From the IMG/VR virus record IMGVR_UViG_3300004240_000023, positions 1 to 38,079 of that record: a stretch of DNA of 38,079 nucleotides. The stretch is one strand, 5' to 3'. This document shows, piece by piece, positions 34,016 to 38,079 of this stretch; the stretch's first letter is position 1, and every line of letters begins with the position of its first letter. This stretch comes from a virus (Duplodnaviria > Caudoviricetes). The notes under the pieces are model-generated. The model saw only the letters and a list, made by a program, of their open reading frames with translations, did no database searches and had not been told where the DNA came from. The position numbers and the translations under genes are program-made.

Positions 34016-36697
34016 ATGCTTCGCAATGAAGTTAATTTCAAGGCGCTAACGTTTCTTTCAGAACAGACCGCTAGTACTTTTAATTATGAGGTTAAAGGTA
34101 CACGCGCTATTTGGGATCCAAGCCTCTCAATTCCGGGGACAAACCGTCGCGGTGGATGGCGGTGCCCTGTCGGTACGCGTTATGGTGGTCAGATTACTGA
34201 CCGCTTTGGGCGGTCATGTGGATGGGGTGTGGCGCGACGCATCGCGAATCAAATCGCCGATATTGGTGAGCGTTTAGAGAGTATTGATGATCGTAAACGA
34301 AATAATCGTCTCGCTAAAAGAAATGCTCGTATGCAAAGATTTTTGGCTCGCCAGCAGAAACCCGGATTGCTTGAGCGTGGCGCACGAAACATTGCAGAAG
34401 CACTTGAGGGTGGACAGACGCCACGACAAGTTAGACCCGCCGCACGCCCTGCTCGGCGTCAACCATTGGGAGGAATGATTGACCCAAATACAGGACGTGT
34501 TATCCCCCTAAGACCAGACCCCGTCATAGAACAGGCACGAGAGGTAATAGAACAAGCGAGAAATCCTCGTGCCCCTCGTAGGAGAAGAGGAAATCTTCGC
34601 GAATCGGAACAGCGAAGAATGGAACGCGAATTAGTACAACCCGGTGCACCAAGAACTGGCGAGCCACCGAAACCAAACGCACCAAGACGACGCCGACGAG
34701 TCGCCGCACAACAAGGCGCACAACGAGTAGCGAGACGTAAACCTGAAGCAGATTTTATTGACGGTGCACAACCTGAAAGACCAATTGTTGCCCCACGGCG
34801 AGTTGATCCAGTTGAAGCGCGTAGACAATATATAGAAAAACTTGATGCCGACTTGGCAAAACGCAAAAAAGAGGCGTTGCGCAACAGACCAGAAGGCATC
34901 AGCGATCGTGAGTGGAAAAAATATAAAGAGCATGTGAACGGGATCAAAAATCAATATGGATATGGCGGAAATGACAGAGTCGCCAATATTCCTTCATACG
35001 AAGAGTTCAAACAATTTGACGAAAGAATTCAACGGGCTGCTGACGAGGCTCTCGGTCGCAAAAAACCACAACCAGCAAAACCATCAACCCCAATTCCATC
35101 ACCACCACCATGGAACCCTGACGCAGAACCAGCAAAACCGAAAGCACCTGCACGACCAGCACCACCACCACTACCAGCGCTAGATATTGCACCCGACAGG
35201 GAATTCAACAAACCAGAAGATAGACCAGTTGTTCAAGCAGTAGTAGATGACGTTGAACGATACAAGCCCAACGCTTACAACAATTTGCGTAACAAACCAA
35301 AGGAAGAAGTTTTAGGCAAGAAAATTCAAGACCAAGAACTTCTCAAACGGGCTCAAGAGGGTTTTGATGAAGCGTACAAAGTCTGGCGAGAAAAACAGAA
35401 TGGAACCCCTCAAGAACGAGAACAAGCACGAGACAATTTGTTGCGCATGTGGCAGCAAAAACAAAAAATTAAACAAAATATTGATGCCGCCGACTTGAGG
35501 ATTGCGGAAATTGATGCGGGTATTGAATTCAGACAACGACCCGCTGTTGCAGGTGGGAACAACAATGTTCAAGCCCCTAACGCTCCACGAGTACAGCCAC
35601 CTGACAGACCAGCGGAAATACCCGAGCCAGAGGGCGGTTGGGATGTCTCCCCGCCAACAGCAAAAGCAGATCACGCACCAGAAAAACTAAACGCTAAAGG
35701 CGCTGATGGTCTACCTGACGTAAAACCTGTGCCCGTCGGTAATAAAGGAATTGATACTAAAGATAAAGCGGTTGCGCACCTCAACCAAGGAGGAGATCTA
35801 GCAGATGTTCCAGACGACTTCTTGGGTGATGCTTTGCATGGGGCAACACAAAGATTTGATAAAGAAGCCGCTGGCGGTGGTGTCAACGGGAATATTCCTG
35901 ACAACATGTTTAAATTCACGGACAAAGTAACTGGAAAACAATATTTCTTGAAATATCAAACTGGCGCACAGGCTGAGAACGAAGACATTCACGAAATGGT
36001 CGGCAACAATATTGCTGGAAGATTTGGCATGCCAGTAGGCGGATTGCGTCTTGACGGAAAACAGAAAGGTGGTCCTGGTGCTCCTCACAGCGCAGGGCGT
36101 TCAATAGTTTTTGAACACGCTGGAAATTATGTTGATGGCAGGCTTCGCCAAGGAAGAGATGTTGCAAATATGGGCGACATCAAACCAGCAGACAGAGTTA
36201 GAGCAACTTTAATGGATTTTGTGATTGTTAACAGAGATCGTCACGGCGGCAACTTCTTCGTTGCGCCAGATGATAACGGGAAACTCCGATTTGTACCTAT
36301 TGATCCATCTTTAGGTTTTGATGTGAATTGGGGAGGAAGAGATTTTGAGGGGTTTGGCGGGGATGACGCTGGCTTCGTTGCTTGGATGAATCACAGTTAT
36401 GGTGGTGGACGTAATGAAATGCTTAGGACTTTGCGCCAACAACACCGTCAGGGACAACTAAGCCGACGCGAAGTTATCGCAGCAATCGCTGATGTACAGA
36501 AATCAATCCGTGAGGCTGAAAGAAAAAACCCGTATCTGAACATGGTTGACGAAGTGCTCAAAGCGGGTGGAGATGGAACCCCGAATCCGCGATCTGGAGA
36601 TAGAGCACGAGATAGGATAGGCATCAAACCTCAAGAAAAAATGAAATACATAACGGATGTTGACCCATCTCGTATAGCCGATTTGATACTAGGATAG
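34016..36697 (+). CDS. RCP-motif protein with Arg/Pro-rich linker and C-terminal HipA/PI3-PI4-kinase-like domain
   Basis: GGGVNG loop, YFLKY, HE, DFVIVNRDRHGGN, VPID motifs. Confidence 0.85.
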   Translation: MLRNEVNFKALTFLSEQTASTFNYEVKGTRAIWDPSLSIPGTNRRGGWRCPVGTRYGGQITDRFGRSCGWGVARRIANQIADIGERLESIDDRKRNNRLAKRNARMQRFLARQQKPGLLERGARNIAEALEGGQTPRQVRPAARPARRQPLGGMIDPNTGRVIPLRPDPVIEQAREVIEQARNPRAPRRRRGNLRESEQRRMERELVQPGAPRTGEPPKPNAPRRRRRVAAQQGAQRVARRKPEADFIDGAQPERPIVAPRRVDPVEARRQYIEKLDADLAKRKKEALRNRPEGISDREWKKYKEHVNGIKNQYGYGGNDRVANIPSYEEFKQFDERIQRAADEALGRKKPQPAKPSTPIPSPPPWNPDAEPAKPKAPARPAPPPLPALDIAPDREFNKPEDRPVVQAVVDDVERYKPNAYNNLRNKPKEEVLGKKIQDQELLKRAQEGFDEAYKVWREKQNGTPQEREQARDNLLRMWQQKQKIKQNIDAADLRIAEIDAGIEFRQRPAVAGGNNNVQAPNAPRVQPPDRPAEIPEPEGGWDVSPPTAKADHAPEKLNAKGADGLPDVKPVPVGNKGIDTKDKAVAHLNQGGDLADVPDDFLGDALHGATQRFDKEAAGGGVNGNIPDNMFKFTDKVTGKQYFLKYQTGAQAENEDIHEMVGNNIAGRFGMPVGGLRLDGKQKGGPGAPHSAGRSIVFEHAGNYVDGRLRQGRDVANMGDIKPADRVRATLMDFVIVNRDRHGGNFFVAPDDNGKLRFVPIDPSLGFDVNWGGRDFEGFGGDDAGFVAWMNHSYGGGRNEMLRTLRQQHRQGQLSRREVIAAIADVQKSIREAERKNPYLNMVDEVLKAGGDGTPNPRSGDRARDRIGIKPQEKMKYITDVDPSRIADLILG
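34037..34279 (+). repeat. Copy 1 of diverged 243-nt direct repeat (81-aa conserved domain)
   Basis: Ungapped match to 37478-37720; 69/81 aa identical by hand count. Confidence 0.95.
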
Positions 36698-36705
36698 TAA
36701 CTATT

Positions 36706-37002
36706 ATGAGGGCTGCGATTATCACTTCAAAAGACCCGTTAGTTCAGGCTTCCCCCATTGTCATCGTTGAGGACGATAAGGGGATAATTACCTATTATTC
36801 AAAAAACCGTGAACAAGACAAGAGGGATAATGAGCATTTCCTAAATATGCGGAAATCATCACCCAAAATGGCGACACTTGAAAATATGCTCCACGGATAT
36901 TCGTATCTGCATTCTGAAATCTTAAAATACGATGGTTCCAACAAAGATACAATTAATAGTTTTCTCGTTCAATTAGGGCACCAAAAACTAGACAGCAAAT
37001 AA
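36706..37002 (+). CDS. Small protein after the kinase gene (candidate immunity)
   Basis: 98 aa, starts 8 nt after the kinase stop; function inferred from position. Confidence 0.65.
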   Translation: MRAAIITSKDPLVQASPIVIVEDDKGIITYYSKNREQDKRDNEHFLNMRKSSPKMATLENMLHGYSYLHSEILKYDGSNKDTINSFLVQLGHQKLDSK

Positions 37003-37041
37003 TATATTTACATTACCGTAAATTTAGTATCCCCCTATTAG

Positions 37042-37050
37042 TGATACCAT
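37042..37050 (+). promoter_or_regulatory. Extended -10 TGATACCAT
   Basis: TGn-TANNNT in the intergenic gap before 37124. Confidence 0.35.
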
Positions 37051-37123
37051 TTTACTGTAGCGATATTGCGACGCAAGACTTTTAGGGCTTGCTCAATGCC
37101 TTCACGAATGTGGAAAGTAAACA

Positions 37124-38079
37124 ATGAACCTAGTTTTCATTATCAAGAACCGTGACAACACACCATTTATGGTTGTTTCAACGACCCCAAAGGGATCCAC
37201 ATTCAAGCCGATGACCGAAGACGCGAAGGAACTTGTAGGAATACTCCGCGAAGAATACGCAAACACACCTATCACCAAACCCGAACTCGTTCAGTCAATG
37301 GACGCATCAAAAATTATTGAAGGTCCTAGCCCGTCCGGAACGGCTGTTCAGAAAAAAGTTGCGTCGCTTTCAGCAAATAGTGGAGAAGCAGAAGTTATAA
37401 ATACTCTGCCAGTTTTATCAATCTCCGAAGTATTGCTGTCAGAGTTCTCTAATGAAGAATTCGCAAGTGTTTTAAGTTTCAAAGCCGCTTCTTTCATCTC
37501 AGACCAAACACGCTCATCGGCGAACTTTGAGATTAAAGGCGTCCGCGCAGTATGGGATCCAAGTCTTTCAATTCCGGGCACGAACCGTCGCGGAGGTTTT
37601 CGCTGCCCTGTTGGAACAAGATATGGTGGACAGATAACCGACCGTTTCGGTCGTTCCTGCGGTTGGGGTGTAGCGCGAAGAATTGCAAACCAAATTGCCG
37701 ACATCGGTGAACGGTTAGAACAACGAGATGACGACAAACGCAAACGCAGACTTGATCGCCGTAATGCACGAATGATTCGCCGTCTTGGTGGTGTTCCTGA
37801 AACTGGTCGCGTTGAGGGTGGTCTGCGTAATATTGCCGATCGGCTAGATGGTGGTGGAGAAACACGCGCACCACGGCGTCGCAACCCTGAACGTGAGGCT
37901 CGCCGACAAGAAGCAGTAGATTTTTTCCGCGAGTTTGGTGGTGCTGTACGAGATGACATAGACAGCATTCGTAATAGGCGACGACCACAAAGAAACGAAG
38001 AAACGCCCGAAGTTGAAGCCCCATCGGCACGCGCCCCTCGCAACCGTCGTCGTGATGTAATACCAGAAACAGCACCAAC
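37124..38079 (+). CDS. Fourth RCP-motif protein, 3'-truncated by the window; absent from the ORF track
   Basis: Open from ATG 37124 (MNLVFIIKNRDNTPF...) to the end; contains WDPSLSIPGTNRRGGFRCPVGTRYGGQITDRFGRSCGWG. Confidence 0.92.
   Translation, partial: MNLVFIIKNRDNTPFMVVSTTPKGSTFKPMTEDAKELVGILREEYANTPITKPELVQSMDASKIIEGPSPSGTAVQKKVASLSANSGEAEVINTLPVLSISEVLLSEFSNEEFASVLSFKAASFISDQTRSSANFEIKGVRAVWDPSLSIPGTNRRGGFRCPVGTRYGGQITDRFGRSCGWGVARRIANQIADIGERLEQRDDDKRKRRLDRRNARMIRRLGGVPETGRVEGGLRNIADRLDGGGETRAPRRRNPEREARRQEAVDFFREFGGAVRDDIDSIRNRRRPQRNEETPEVEAPSARAPRNRRRDVIPETAP
37478..37720 (+). repeat. Copy 2 of diverged 243-nt direct repeat
   Basis: Ungapped match to 34037-34279. Confidence 0.95.

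Noticed and set aside
25169-36167. Many 60-160 aa antisense or alternate-frame ORFs inside the head-arm genes
   Set aside because: Fully nested in well-supported genes, with Ser/Phe-rich mirror composition and no motifs
34037-37720. Repeat pair as a diversity-generating retroelement template/variable repeat
   Set aside because: Differences are at synonymous third positions of all bases, not adenine-specific; both copies are coding; no reverse transcriptase in the window
37348-38078. Minus-strand ORFs of 231 and 181 aa in the track
   Set aside because: Antisense shadows of the real plus-strand gene starting at 37124, which carries the conserved domain
1-38079. tRNA/rRNA genes, integrase, transposase, introns/inteins, stop-codon reassignment
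   Set aside because: None recognised by eye; genes tile densely under the standard code. A tRNAscan/Infernal run was not possible

Overview
This window is a piece of a large tailed-phage genome with a contractile tail. An actinobacterial host is suggested by TANNNT-type -10 boxes and a probable leaderless gene, but that is inference. There are two divergent arms. The minus arm (1-23795) reads: large terminase, XRE HTH, Rad52-like annealase plus RecB/Cas4-like exonuclease, PAPS-reductase/nuclease/ParB (IbrAB-like) cassette, an Arg-rich protamine-like protein, head-tail and tail genes (sheath, tube, chaperone with a -1 frameshift, tape measure, baseplate), and fibre genes. The plus arm (23870-end) reads: a portal-MuF fusion, an extended HK97 prohead protease, then a run of large modular proteins; no major capsid gene is visible. 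The most striking signal is four consecutive large ORFs sharing an R-C-P-x-G...TD...C (C-x17-C) motif. Two of them share a nearly identical 81-aa domain, and the C-termini differ (DUF3626/ART-like, degenerate JAB-like, HipA/PI3K-like kinase). The two ORFs with intact-looking enzyme domains are each followed by a small ORF. Domain boundaries across the head arm are marked by K|(A/S/G) motifs. I read this as a candidate capsid-loaded, protease-matured polymorphic effector system. All family assignments come from recognising motifs by eye; no searches were run.
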